DNA from: an uncultured Chloroflexia bacterium
GTDB lineage: Bacteria; Chloroflexota; Chloroflexia; QHBQ01; JADMIH01
Assembly (NCBI GenBank): GCA_963797095.1
Contig: CAWCNY010000002.1
Coordinates: 960,001 to 1,024,000, forward strand
Direction: 5' to 3'
Length of the DNA stretch: 64,000 bases
This document shows positions 19,197 to 29,786 of the stretch, one piece after another (the first letter of the stretch is position 1; every line of letters begins with the position of its first letter). A program made the position numbers and the translations under genes. The notes below the pieces were generated by a model. That model made no database searches, had not been told where the DNA came from, and saw only the letters and a program-made list of their open reading frames with translations.

Positions 19197-20480
19197 ATGA
19201 CTACAAACACCCAACCCACACCACTCATCGACTCCGACTGGGTGCGCCCCCAGTTCCCATCCCTCTCCGTGGAGCAGGACGGCACCCCCGTCCTCTACCT
19301 TGACAACCCTGCGGGCACCCAGGTCCCACAACGCACCATCGACGCCATCGCCAACTACTTCGCCAGCGCCAACGCCAACACCCACGGCCCCTTCCTCACC
19401 AGCCGCCGCACCGACGCCGTCATCTCCGCCGCCCGTCAGGCTATGGCCTCTTTCCTCGGCGCTTCCTCCCCCCATGAGATCGTCTTCGGCCCCAACATGA
19501 CCACCCTCACCTATTCCCTCAGCCGCGCCATAGGCCGCTACCTCTCCCCACACGACGAAATAATCGTCACAGACCTCGATCACGACGCCAACATCAGCCC
19601 CTGGACCTCCCTCCAGGAGCGCGGCATGAACGTGCTCCGCACCGGGATCAACCACGAAGACTGCACCCTCGACCTCGATGCGCTGGCCGCTATCATCTCC
19701 CCCAGAACCCGCCTCATAGCCGTCACCTACGCCTCCAACGCCGTCGGCACCATCACCGACCTGGCCCGCGTCGTAGAGATGGCGCACGCAGTGGGCGCGT
19801 GGGTGTGGGTAGATGCCGTCCACTTCGGACCCCACGGCCCCATCGACGTGCAGGCCCTCGACATCGACTTCCTGGTCTGCTCCTCTTACAAGTTCTTCGG
19901 CCCCCACATCGGTATCCTCTGGGGCCGTCACACCCTCCTCGACCGCATCCCCGCCTACCAGTTGCGTCCTGCCCCCCACACCGTCCCCGAAAAGTTCGAG
20001 ACCGGCACCAAAAACCACGAATGCCTGGCGGGCCTGGCCGCCACTATCAATTACCTGGCCGACCTCGGCAGGCGCTCCGCGGGCCTCACCGAGTCCGAAG
20101 GCAATCTTCGCCCCTCCCTCGTTTCAGCCATGACCTCCATTCGTGCCTACGAAACCACCCTCAGCGCCACCCTCCTTGATGGCCTCCTCTCCATACCCAA
20201 CCTTCGCCTCTACGGCATCTCCGACCCCGCCCGCCTCGACCGCCGCGTGCCAACCTTCGCCTTCACCCTCGGTGACATGCCAAGCCCCGAACTCCAGCTC
20301 CTCCTCGGCGAGCGCGGCATATTCTCCTGGTCAGGCAACTACTACGCCCTGGCTATCATGCAGCAACTGGGCCTGGAAGGCAAAGGTGGTGCTCTCCGCG
20401 TAGGAGCAGTCCACTACAACACCCTCAACGAGATCGACCGCCTGATAGAATCCCTCAAAGCTATAGCCGCAGGCCGCTAA
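19197..20480 (+). CDS. Cysteine desulfurase-like class V aminotransferase
   Basis: YLDNPAGTQVP, DHDANISPW, DAVH, SSYKFFGPH, KFETGT. Confidence 0.9.
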   Translation: MTTNTQPTPLIDSDWVRPQFPSLSVEQDGTPVLYLDNPAGTQVPQRTIDAIANYFASANANTHGPFLTSRRTDAVISAARQAMASFLGASSPHEIVFGPNMTTLTYSLSRAIGRYLSPHDEIIVTDLDHDANISPWTSLQERGMNVLRTGINHEDCTLDLDALAAIISPRTRLIAVTYASNAVGTITDLARVVEMAHAVGAWVWVDAVHFGPHGPIDVQALDIDFLVCSSYKFFGPHIGILWGRHTLLDRIPAYQLRPAPHTVPEKFETGTKNHECLAGLAATINYLADLGRRSAGLTESEGNLRPSLVSAMTSIRAYETTLSATLLDGLLSIPNLRLYGISDPARLDRRVPTFAFTLGDMPSPELQLLLGERGIFSWSGNYYALAIMQQLGLEGKGGALRVGAVHYNTLNEIDRLIESLKAIAAGR

Positions 20481-20643
20481 ACCTCCCCCCACACTCCCCA
20501 ACATCAAAAGAACTACTTCCCACACCAACCTTCGTCCCATCTCCTTCCAGTCCTTGGCACGATGTATCTTGCCGCGCCCGACCGCATAATAGCCACCGGC
20601 AACTCATCTGCTTCAAGCCTTAAACCGCAAAGGAGACCAACTC

Positions 20644-21195
20644 GTGAACAAACGCCTTTCCTTTCTGACAATTCTTCTACTACTACTATCAGCCTTCATC
20701 TTCGCCGCCTGCGATTCCGGTACCCCCGCCACCCCCACCGTCACCCAGGACGACACCCCCGGCATCAACATCACCCGCTCCGACTACAATTCCGCCCTCG
20801 CCAAATGGCAGGTCCTCAACGTACAGGAATATAACATCTCCGAAGACTACAGCGCCTTCTCCACGCTGGCGGGTTCCTGGGAGCTACACGTGACCAAAGA
20901 CGCCATCGAGCCGACAAGCTTCTCCCGAAGCGGCACCCCCACCACCCCCACCCCCGGTCAGGACCTCTACCTTCTCACAGTTGACGGCATCTTCAACAAC
21001 ATCGACCGCGTCCTCACCGACACCGCCCAGTCCGAGCAAACCTACGCCTTCCAATACAAAGTCCAGTTCGACCCCGACAAAGGCTACCCCACCCACTTCT
21101 CAGCCCGCAGCGTCCCCAATCCCACCACAGGCTCCGGTGTAATCGCCGACGCCGACTACACTATCGATGTGAAAAGTTTGAGTATTATCAAGTAA
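20644..21195 (+). CDS. Lipoprotein (DUF6174-like)
   Basis: Lipobox FAAC; C-terminal FDPDKGYP motif. Confidence 0.7.
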   Translation: MNKRLSFLTILLLLLSAFIFAACDSGTPATPTVTQDDTPGINITRSDYNSALAKWQVLNVQEYNISEDYSAFSTLAGSWELHVTKDAIEPTSFSRSGTPTTPTPGQDLYLLTVDGIFNNIDRVLTDTAQSEQTYAFQYKVQFDPDKGYPTHFSARSVPNPTTGSGVIADADYTIDVKSLSIIK

Positions 21196-21393
21196 TCACC
21201 TCTCAACCCACGCCCAAACTACCGCTGAGGGGGCTTATAAACTACAGGTCCCCTCTCCCCAACCACCAACCGCAGCCATGCAAGGCGTAGCCCCAATCCT
21301 ATTCCTTCCGGTAATAGTCTGGATCTTAACCAGGCTCTTCAAGCGCCTCGGCTTCTAACAACACTCCACCCCATCGAAAAGGACAATCTCGCA

Positions 21394-21912
21394 ATGCCCC
21401 TCCTCCCCTATCAAGGCAAAACCCCCACCATCGGCCAGAACTGCTACATAGCCCCCACCGCCGTCCTGATAGGCGATGTCACCATAGAGGACGGGGCAAG
21501 CGTATGGTTCGGCTGCGTCCTCCGAGGCGACGTTGCTCCCATACACATCGGCAAGCGCACCAACATCCAGGACAACACAGTAATCCACGGCGACGATGGC
21601 TCCCCCACCACCATCGGCGACGATGTAACCGTAGGCCACAGCGCCATCGTCCACGCCGCCACCGTCTCCGACCGCGTCCTCGTCGGCATGGGCTCCGTCC
21701 TCCTGAGCCGCTGCCGCATCAACTCCGACACCATAATAGGCGCACGCGCTCTAGTCACCGAAGACGTAGAGATCCCCTCAGGCGTCTTAGCCGTAGGCAT
21801 GCCCGCCCGCCCCAAACGCCCCCTCACCGACCACGAACGCCACTCCATCCTGGAATCCGTCCAACACTACCTCGACTACGCCTCCCACTACCAAACCCAC
21901 CCCACCCCCTAA
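21394..21912 (+). CDS. Gamma carbonic anhydrase family protein
   Basis: IGDV, VLRGD, TNIQDNTVIH, VTVGH hexapeptide repeats. Confidence 0.92.
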   Translation: MPLLPYQGKTPTIGQNCYIAPTAVLIGDVTIEDGASVWFGCVLRGDVAPIHIGKRTNIQDNTVIHGDDGSPTTIGDDVTVGHSAIVHAATVSDRVLVGMGSVLLSRCRINSDTIIGARALVTEDVEIPSGVLAVGMPARPKRPLTDHERHSILESVQHYLDYASHYQTHPTP

Positions 21913-22450
21913 ATCCCACTCCCCACTCCCCACTCCCCACTCGTCACTCGTCACCAAAAATCATACCTTTGGCCACTTGCAAACATAGAACAAGTATGCT
22001 AAGGTCAATAGTGAAATAGCTAATTCACCTCCGAGCCGCGCAGCAAGGAGGACATAGAGACAAGACTGGTGTCCCTGTGTTACATGCGTTTAGCACCTTA
22101 CCAGAGGCACAAACAAAAAGGAGAGAGCAGCCAAAGCCGCAGGCCGCACCCGTGTTGCATCACAACTGCACCACGACCACAATCTCAAAAAGCGCTCCGG
22201 TCTCCCAACACCGGATCCCGCAAGGGAAATAGCACGGAACAGTGCTCAAGTGTGCATTCGTGTCACACCCTCTAAAGGCCAAAAGAGCACCGTCCGACAC
22301 CAACCAGTGCGCCACAGGGACACCATCCCAAAAGCCAACCATCCACCGCTCTACTAACGATGACCTACAAGCAAACGAACCAGGAAACACCCTGTCATCC
22401 TGAGCACTTCGCTAACGAAAATATGGCAAGAAACGAACCAACAAAGGCCT

Positions 22451-22477
22451 TGTCATCCTGAACGAAGTGAAGGATCT
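22451..22477 (+). repeat. GTCAT(C/T)CTGA-type REP-like element (related copies at ~22393 and ~52906)
   Basis: TGTCATCCTGAACGAAGTGAAGGATCT; TGTCATTCTGAACGAAGTGAAGAAT at ~52907. Confidence 0.6.
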
Positions 22478-22770
22478 CGCTCTCAGAGATCACCCTTCGG
22501 CAACAAACCAGGCCAGAGAGTGCCCACAACGAGCAAGGTCCCCACAAAGCAAAAGATCAGGCTGCGTTTCCAGCAAGGTAATCCTTAGCAGCGCACAACC
22601 AACAACCAAACAGAAAAATGAAAAGGGTGCATGAGATCCCAAAAGATCCCAATACACCCTCTTCTCCATACCCATCCACCAGAACCTCGAACTTCAAACT
22701 AAAAACCCAAAAGAATCTTCGTGCCCTTCGTACTTTTTCGCCTCTTCGTGTACAAAAAACAAAAAGAACC

Positions 22771-23091
22771 CTACTGACCGTCCACACTCTGCCCGGCAGG
22801 CACAACACTCACCGGGGCTACCCCGGCCACATTCGTACCCGCACGCGACGCCTCCCGCTGCGGCCATTCGACCGTCAGCATCAGGCCCAATATGGACGCC
22901 AACAGCGCCCCAAGCAATACAGTAATCGTCACAAACTCGGTAATTCCCGCACTCATATTGAACATAGACCGCAGGAGCAATACAATGACCGCCCCTGTTA
23001 CCGCCCCCAACAATCCGCCTGCCATAGACATCACCAACACAAATGCCGCAATCAGCACAGCACGCCTAGAGCCTTTCTTGATCCTTGCCAT
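22771..23091 (-). CDS. Small membrane protein
   Basis: GGGAG RBS before ATG; two hydrophobic segments. Confidence 0.5.
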   Translation of the reverse strand: MARIKKGSRRAVLIAAFVLVMSMAGGLLGAVTGAVIVLLLRSMFNMSAGITEFVTITVLLGALLASILGLMLTVEWPQREASRAGTNVAGVAPVSVVPAGQSVDGQ

Positions 23092-23419
23092 CTCCCTCAG
23101 TCTCCTCTGTGTAGCGCCATGGTCTGCTCTATCGCTCGTCACGAAAACATAACCGCCCACAGCCGCCTTGCTATGCCCACCTGGGCCTTGTCCTTGTCCT
23201 TTCTACCTCTCTAGCTTGCGATTCATCCGCTCCTGCGTCCACTCGCGATTCTTATTACCACCTCACCTGCTTCCGTCAGTGATGTGGAGTAGAATATAGC
23301 ATACGGCCAGGATGCATAAGCGCGGATGTGCATATGTGTAAATCAACTGTTCGGTCCCACAAACCTCCGGTTTCGCCCAAAATTGCGCTCAATCATAAAA
23401 GCAAGAAACAGGCCAGGCC

Positions 23420-23908
23420 ATGAAACCCGAAATCCTGGATAAAGTCCGCAAAATGATAGAAACCCGCAAGCTCCTGGGGCCTTCCGCCACCGGCGCCGAC
23501 CTCCCCTGGTCCTGCGACGAAACTCCGCCCCCTCTCTTCTACACCGGCCTCGAGCAATTCAACCGGGGCGAGTACTTTGAGCAGCACGAATCCCTCGAAG
23601 AGATCTGGATCTTGGAGCCACGCCCCATCCGCTACGTCTACCAGGGCATCCTCCGCATAGGCGTGGGCTTCTATAAGCTTCGCCTGTGCAACTACAGGGG
23701 CATCGTCAACCATATCAACGGGGGTATCGCCTACCTGCAACCCTTCGGCGATGAATGCCTGGGCGTAGACCTCGCCCGCCTGACCCATGAGGCCACCCAG
23801 GTCCGAGACAAAGCTATCGAGCTAGGCCCCGACCGACTATCCCAGTTCGACCTCACCACCCTACCCAAAGTCCACTACAAACACCCCGGCACGTCCCCTC
23901 ACTCATAG
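23420..23908 (+). CDS. DUF309 family protein
   Basis: FNRGEYFEQHE.LE..W, YQGILRIGVG. Confidence 0.8.
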   Translation: MKPEILDKVRKMIETRKLLGPSATGADLPWSCDETPPPLFYTGLEQFNRGEYFEQHESLEEIWILEPRPIRYVYQGILRIGVGFYKLRLCNYRGIVNHINGGIAYLQPFGDECLGVDLARLTHEATQVRDKAIELGPDRLSQFDLTTLPKVHYKHPGTSPHS

Positions 23909-24384
23909 GTCCGCTTAGCCGCCCGATCCAGCGCGAACACTCCGCTATCCTCGGCCACTGCCACCACCAGATCGGGTACATGCAGCGCCTTCTCCACCCC
24001 TATGCGCACCCTGTAGAACAGGTACGAAGACGCTACTGCTGCCACAACTCCTACCGCCGCTCCCGCCACCGCAGGCTTATCCGCCTCGGCAAACGCAGCA
24101 GCCCCCGCCGTGGCCCCCGCTACTGCTCGCCCCAGCAACGGCAGCGGAGCAATCCGGGCAGGCAGGATCGGCAGCTTATCCAGCACTATCTCGACTAACT
24201 GCCCCAATGTGGCCAGCATCGCCATCTGGGGATTTGCCAGCAACCAGAAGATCGACTTCTCAAAGCCCTTAGGGTGCCCTGCCGCCCGCCGGGTAATCGC
24301 AGCAGGTCCGGCCACAGACCTCATCCCCGACATAACCCCCAGAATGGCCGCCCGAGCCACCACATTAGTCTCCAAGCTACTCAT
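23899..24384 (-). CDS. DUF4126-like membrane protein
   Basis: GMRS, E...DKLP..PAR, VAVAED. Confidence 0.7.
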   Translation of the reverse strand: MSSLETNVVARAAILGVMSGMRSVAGPAAITRRAAGHPKGFEKSIFWLLANPQMAMLATLGQLVEIVLDKLPILPARIAPLPLLGRAVAGATAGAAAFAEADKPAVAGAAVGVVAAVASSYLFYRVRIGVEKALHVPDLVVAVAEDSGVFALDRAAKRTYE

Positions 24385-24471
24385 ACCTCTCCTCTCCAAA
24401 CCTACCGACTACCGATTACCGACTACCGACTACCAGCAACTAGGAACTAGGAACTAGGAACCCCACACTCG

Positions 24472-25845
24472 CTACTCGCTACTCGCTACTCGCAACTCAG
24501 GATGCCCCGCCACATACTCCCGCGCCAATCGCTCGCCTTCCACCTTATCGTCCTGCGACAGCGCCCCATCCAGCACAAGCCCCAGCAGATAATCCTTGAT
24601 CTCCCCGATCCACCGCCCTGGCTTGCCCCCGAACATCTCCATCAATTCGTTACCGTCCAGCGGGCTATGCAACTTCTCTACATCCTCTTGCGCCCTTATC
24701 TCCTCGCACCTCTGGTACAGCGCGTCCACCTTAGCCAGGGCAGCCGCCACCCGCTGCGCCCGTTGCGAAGTAATATCAGCCCTCGATAACAAGAACAACC
24801 TCTCCGTGATCGGCGCGGTCTCCCTCATGAAGCGGCGCACCGCCCCGTCCGTCCAGCTTTCATCGTATACCCCGATCCGCAGGTGCTCGGCCACCAGTTG
24901 CACCACAGGCTCTATCACCTCGGCAGGCCGCCTCAACCTGTTCAGGATGCTCCGCGCTATCTTCGCCCCCACCCTGTCGTGCCCGAAGAAGTGCACTTCC
25001 CCATCGGTCACACTGTAGGTAGCAGGCTTGGCGATATCGTGCAGCAATCCAGCCCACCTCAGCACAAGGTCGGGCGGCGTCCGGTCCAGCACCTTGAGCG
25101 TGTGCGGGTATACCTCCTTGTAATGGTACGCCCCGCGCTCCATCTCGTGCATCTCCAGCAACTCCGGGATCGTGTAAGCCAGCAACCCCAGGCTGTCCAA
25201 CCCCTCGATTCCCTCGCTGGGCACGGGCGCGAGCAGCATCTTGTCCAGCTCGTCCCCGATCCGCTCCCAGGCTACCTCCTTCAGCAGGTGCCCCACTCGC
25301 CTGATAGCCTTCTTGGTCTCTCGCTCAACGAAGAACTCCAGGCCCACCGCCAGCCTTACAGCCCTCAGCATCCTCAAAGGGTCTTCTTGAAATCGTTCCT
25401 CGGCGTCCCCCACCGCCTGGATGAGCCTGTGCTCGATATCCAGCTGCCCGTTGAATGGGTCGTGCAACTCGCCTGTATGCATGTCGCGTGCGATAGCGTT
25501 CACCGTGAAGTCGCGGTGCGCCAGGTCCACATACAAGCCCCGAAGTGCAGACTTCTTCGAATGCCCCTCCCTAACCTCCTCCTGCGCCCGAAAGGTGGTC
25601 ACTTCGACCGTAAAATCGTCCACGATAGCGCTAACCGTCCCGAACTTCTCGCCCAGCGCGAACATCACGTCAGGCCGAGACGCCTCAAGTATGCTCCTTA
25701 TCACAGGCACGGGCGCGTTGGTAGTCAGGTCATAGTCGTGTATCTCGCGCCCCATCAGTTGGTCGCGCACGCTCCCGCCCACCAGGTACATCCTGTACCC
25801 GGCCCCTTCTGCGTTCTTCACCAATCTGTCGAGAAACCTATCCAT
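24472..25845 (-). CDS. cca: Class II tRNA nucleotidyltransferase with HD domain
   Basis: LVGGSVRD..DYDLTT, RDFTVNA, EDPLRMLR, ERIGDE, LLHDIAK, FFGHD. Confidence 0.88.
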   Translation of the reverse strand: MDRFLDRLVKNAEGAGYRMYLVGGSVRDQLMGREIHDYDLTTNAPVPVIRSILEASRPDVMFALGEKFGTVSAIVDDFTVEVTTFRAQEEVREGHSKKSALRGLYVDLAHRDFTVNAIARDMHTGELHDPFNGQLDIEHRLIQAVGDAEERFQEDPLRMLRAVRLAVGLEFFVERETKKAIRRVGHLLKEVAWERIGDELDKMLLAPVPSEGIEGLDSLGLLAYTIPELLEMHEMERGAYHYKEVYPHTLKVLDRTPPDLVLRWAGLLHDIAKPATYSVTDGEVHFFGHDRVGAKIARSILNRLRRPAEVIEPVVQLVAEHLRIGVYDESWTDGAVRRFMRETAPITERLFLLSRADITSQRAQRVAAALAKVDALYQRCEEIRAQEDVEKLHSPLDGNELMEMFGGKPGRWIGEIKDYLLGLVLDGALSQDDKVEGERLAREYVAGHPELRVASSE

Positions 25846-25858
25846 AGAATATGCTGAA

Positions 25859-26578
25859 TCACTTCCGCTCGCCGAACACCGCTCGACCGAGGCGCACCAT
25901 CGTCGATCCTTCCTCTATCGCTATCTCATAATCGTCGGTCATTCCCATACTCAGGTGCTTCCACTCGCCAACCCCGGCGTGCGTCTTCCTTAAGCCTTCC
26001 AGCATCCGCCTCAATCCACCGAACGTCCGGCGCAATTCCTCTTCGTCCGCGCCCAAACGTGCCACCGTCATCAAGCCCATCGCTCTCAGGCACCCATGAT
26101 CCGCCAGTGCATCGGCCAGCCTCGGCAATTCCTCCGGAGCCACCCCCGACTTGGCTTCCTCCCCCGTCATGTTCACCTCAAGCAGTACCGGCAATACGTC
26201 GCCCCCTCGCTCGCAAGCATCCCTATCCAGAGCCGCCATCAGCTCAACCCTATCAACAGACTGCACCCAGTCGAACAACTCGACCGCACGCCGGGCCTTG
26301 TTCCGCTGCAACGCCCCGATCATATGCAAAATGATGCCCTTCCGAGACACCATACTCGCATCTTTCAGGCCCCGCGCAGCAAACTTCAACTCCGCTTCCT
26401 GCACCCGATTCTCCCCCAGATGCGTTACGCCCGCCTCCACCGCCGGCCGAATACGCTCCACAGGCACAGTCTTGGTCACCGCCACCAGCGTCACATCCTG
26501 AGGCTCACGACCCGCTGTTTCAGCAGCGCGAGCTATCCTATCCCGTATGTCCTCCAGGTTATCCGCAACGCTAGCCAT
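25859..26578 (-). CDS. yggS: PLP homeostasis protein
   Basis: LVAVTK, GENRVQE, IGALQRNK, LSMGMTDDY.IAIEEGSTMVRLG. Confidence 0.93.
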   Translation of the reverse strand: MASVADNLEDIRDRIARAAETAGREPQDVTLVAVTKTVPVERIRPAVEAGVTHLGENRVQEAELKFAARGLKDASMVSRKGIILHMIGALQRNKARRAVELFDWVQSVDRVELMAALDRDACERGGDVLPVLLEVNMTGEEAKSGVAPEELPRLADALADHGCLRAMGLMTVARLGADEEELRRTFGGLRRMLEGLRKTHAGVGEWKHLSMGMTDDYEIAIEEGSTMVRLGRAVFGERK

Positions 26579-26616
26579 ACCTATTACAAATCTCCGTGCC
26601 TCTGTGTCTCTGTGGT

Positions 26617-27585
26617 TCAAGCCGTCATTTGTCCATTGTCCCGGATCCCCATCACTACCCCAAACAGCCCACAATCCCCTCTCTCGACCCGGTGCGAATA
26701 GAACAGGTGCAGGTTGTGCCCTGTGCACACCTCCTCCACCGTCACATTAGCTCCCGGGATACCGGCCTCCACGATAGCCCGGCGTACGCCCTCCCAAAGG
26801 TTGAAGTATGTGGTCCCATCTCGCTTCTCAAGCAAAGGCTTTGGCCCGTCCCATGCCCTGGCGAAAGCCTCCTCAGCCGCCTCGATCACGTTCTCCCCGA
26901 CAGCATAGCAACAGGGCCCGATCCCCGGCCCGACCACGGACACAATCTCGTGCGGATCGCATCCGAATTCACCAACCATCATCTCAACCACGTTCCCCGC
27001 GATCCGTCCCACAGTTCCCTTCCAACCCGAATGTGCCAACCCGACCACCCAACGCGCGGGATCGTAGAAGAACACGGGCGGGCAGTCAGCCGACAGCGCC
27101 ATCAGGTATAACCCTCGCACATCGGTTACCATCGCATCCGCGCCTTCTATACTGGGCAGCCCCGGACGCATTCCACTTCCGGCATCCTCGTTTCCCACTC
27201 GTACCACCACCGAGGTATGCATTTGCTGGCACCCAACTATCCTATCAAGCGAGATGCCCAATAGCTCGGCCAGCTTCTGACGGTTTCGCAGGGCCACCTC
27301 CGGGTTAGCCGGGTGCTCACGGCTCCCACGCTTCGCACTCAGGTTCCAATCCCCCCCGTCAGGTGCGGTCCGAGTAGTGATGGCGTGCAACAATTCAGGG
27401 TAGAGATCAAGCGCTCCCGCTTTCAAAACGCCCCTGTGGGCGTGAAGGTCGTGGTGCCCTTCTCCTGTTATTGCACAGCCACTACGGGTGGTCTTTCCTA
27501 TCGCATCCGCCGTAGGGGCGGGTTTCAAACCCGCCCCCACCTCTGGATCGCTATTCCCTGCCGGTAAGCTTGCGGTAGTAATCAT
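26617..27585 (-). CDS. pgeF: Peptidoglycan editing factor / polyphenol oxidase family (YfiH) with an N-terminal extension
   Basis: ADAMVT, SADCPPV, HSGWKG, GPGIGPCCY.V, FYSHR. Confidence 0.85.
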   Translation of the reverse strand: MITTASLPAGNSDPEVGAGLKPAPTADAIGKTTRSGCAITGEGHHDLHAHRGVLKAGALDLYPELLHAITTRTAPDGGDWNLSAKRGSREHPANPEVALRNRQKLAELLGISLDRIVGCQQMHTSVVVRVGNEDAGSGMRPGLPSIEGADAMVTDVRGLYLMALSADCPPVFFYDPARWVVGLAHSGWKGTVGRIAGNVVEMMVGEFGCDPHEIVSVVGPGIGPCCYAVGENVIEAAEEAFARAWDGPKPLLEKRDGTTYFNLWEGVRRAIVEAGIPGANVTVEEVCTGHNLHLFYSHRVERGDCGLFGVVMGIRDNGQMTA

Positions 27586-27610
27586 CGTCTTTGCCAGGAC
27601 CTCCGGCCTC

Positions 27611-28030
27611 TTAGTCTTCAGAGTCGGCTTGCTCTTCAACACCGTCTTCATACCCACTCCCGTCGTATTCTCCCGCTTCATCCTCTTCATCATCCGCGTA
27701 ATTGCTGTAGAAAGCCTGGTTAGTAACCGACGGGTAATACACCTCTATCCCGTACTCGCTGGGCACCCCTAACGCTTCGGACACTTCGCTCAGTATGGCG
27801 TCGATCACATCGTCCAACGTCTCCTCCGAACCGGCGGCATGCGTGGTGTTGTACCCCTTGGCATACTCCGCCCATATCAACAATGTGCCCACGATCTGGT
27901 CGCTCAGATAGTGCACTTCCAGCTTGCCCATGCTCACGGCAGCGTCGTTCTCGTCCAGGGTCTCGCCATCGAATATGGCAATCTCCTCAGATTGGGCGGT
28001 CCTCACCACTCGCTTCAACTTGAGGTTCAT
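27611..28030 (-). CDS. Hypothetical protein with an acidic C-terminus
   Basis: AAGGAG RBS; co-directional position within the operon. Confidence 0.7.
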   Translation of the reverse strand: MNLKLKRVVRTAQSEEIAIFDGETLDENDAAVSMGKLEVHYLSDQIVGTLLIWAEYAKGYNTTHAAGSEETLDDVIDAILSEVSEALGVPSEYGIEVYYPSVTNQAFYSNYADDEEDEAGEYDGSGYEDGVEEQADSED

Positions 28031-28076
28031 AGCTCTCCTTCCCCTCAGATCGACTGCTTATTCCGTATCGTATCCT

Positions 28077-29786
28077 CTATTTCCCCACATCGCTAACCAC
28101 GCCCAGTATGATCTGGTCGATCACCTCTTCCACAGGTGCTCTATCATCCGTAAATACGTATCCATTTGGGTCAGGCTTTACCTCACGCATGTTGCCTTGT
28201 TCGAGGCTGGCCTTGAACACCTGCTGCAAGGTCGGATCGCTTATTCTTGCCGCGTTCTCCGCGAAGTTCTCAAGCCTGGTTGGCTGCTTGGTTCCGATCA
28301 CCATGCTGTTTGCCAGGGTCGGCACATCGATCACATACACGTTCGAAAATACCTGCAACATCGTATTCGCCAGTGCATCCACCAACCGTGTATCGTCCGC
28401 AGTTCTCCCCGCGTTGATCATCGCCACTCCATCAGGCGTCAGGTGTCCGCTCACCTCCTGAAAGAACTCCTTGGTCGTCAGGTGAAAGGGTATATAGGGC
28501 TGCCTGTACGCATCGATCCCCACCACAGTCCATCTCTTGTTCTTCCCATCGGTCTGCAGATAGGTTCGCCCGTCCTCCTCGTGCGTGGTTGCGTTCTTCA
28601 GCTTATCCATGCCGAAATACTGCTCCCCGATTGCCACGATCTCAGGGTCGATCTCCACTCCATCCACAGGCACGCCAGGATATACGGTATCGTACTGCCT
28701 CATAGCCGTACCCGCCGCCGACCCGATCATCGCCATTCCCTTCATATCAGACGGCGAGAAGTTCTTGTTGAAGTAGGGCGCGATCAGCCAGTAGTCCCAC
28801 GGCCCGCCCGTCAGCAAGTTGGCCGTATCGTAAATAGAATGCACGGCGTGCCCCTCGTTCAGCATCAGCATAGTGCGCGTGCCTTCCTGCACCACCTGGA
28901 TGTAGTTGTAAGCCGACTCTTTTTCGTAAATCAACTGCCCTCGCTGAGGCGGCTTGATAAGCCCGCCTTGCACAAAGAGCGCCAATCCAAGCACTACCAA
29001 CAACATACCAGCGTAAACTGCGGCAGGGCGCATAGCCCCCGTCACCACCAACCCCAATATCGAAAACACAAGCAGCACCACGCCGGCAGTGTATAGCGTG
29101 GCCGCCGTCCCGATATACGGTATAAGAAAGAACACCGGGATGAACGTTCCAAGGATGCTCCCTAGCGTCGAGAGCGCCGACACCCCGCCAGCCGTCATAC
29201 CGGCATGAGCCACGCCTACCGAGCGCAGCCTGATAGCGAATGGCGATACGAACCCCAGCAAGATCAACGGCACCGAGAAAAGTAGGATCACTCCCACAAG
29301 CGAGCTATAGAAGACGCCCACCGAATAGTCCGAGAACCCCTCCAGCGACCACGACAGGATGGGCCGCGAGAGCACCGGGATCAGCCCGACCGCGAATCCC
29401 GCCACGGCAGTAAGCCCGTACAGGAACGAGTGCCTGGGAAAGCGGTCGGCCAGCCTCCCGCCGAGCCAGTAGCCCAGCGTCAGATAGATCATCACCAGCC
29501 CGATAAGGTTGGCCCAGATAAAGAGCGAAGTCCCAAAATAGGGCGCGAGCAGCCGCGAAGCGCTCATCTCGACGGTCATCACCGATGCCCCGCCGAAGAA
29601 GACGAGCAACAAGAGCACGGTCCCCGTTACCCGCGAATGCGCCAACTGCTCCGCAGGGAGCACTCCGCGCTGCTGCGCAGGGAGCACCCCGCGCTGCTGG
29701 GCCCCAACTTGCTCCCCTGCATGCGCCTCTGCCGCTCCCGTTGTTCCCATCCCCGCCTGCGGACGATTGTCAGTGCTAGTCGCCAA
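28077..29786 (-). CDS. Fused membrane domain / spermidine synthase-like SAM-dependent protein
   Basis: EM.ASRLLAPYFGTS, GSILGTF, ESAYNYIQV, VEIDP, DGR, IDAY, IPFHLTT.EFF, TDDRAP. Confidence 0.88.
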   Translation of the reverse strand: MATSTDNRPQAGMGTTGAAEAHAGEQVGAQQRGVLPAQQRGVLPAEQLAHSRVTGTVLLLLVFFGGASVMTVEMSASRLLAPYFGTSLFIWANLIGLVMIYLTLGYWLGGRLADRFPRHSFLYGLTAVAGFAVGLIPVLSRPILSWSLEGFSDYSVGVFYSSLVGVILLFSVPLILLGFVSPFAIRLRSVGVAHAGMTAGGVSALSTLGSILGTFIPVFFLIPYIGTAATLYTAGVVLLVFSILGLVVTGAMRPAAVYAGMLLVVLGLALFVQGGLIKPPQRGQLIYEKESAYNYIQVVQEGTRTMLMLNEGHAVHSIYDTANLLTGGPWDYWLIAPYFNKNFSPSDMKGMAMIGSAAGTAMRQYDTVYPGVPVDGVEIDPEIVAIGEQYFGMDKLKNATTHEEDGRTYLQTDGKNKRWTVVGIDAYRQPYIPFHLTTKEFFQEVSGHLTPDGVAMINAGRTADDTRLVDALANTMLQVFSNVYVIDVPTLANSMVIGTKQPTRLENFAENAARISDPTLQQVFKASLEQGNMREVKPDPNGYVFTDDRAPVEEVIDQIILGVVSDVGK

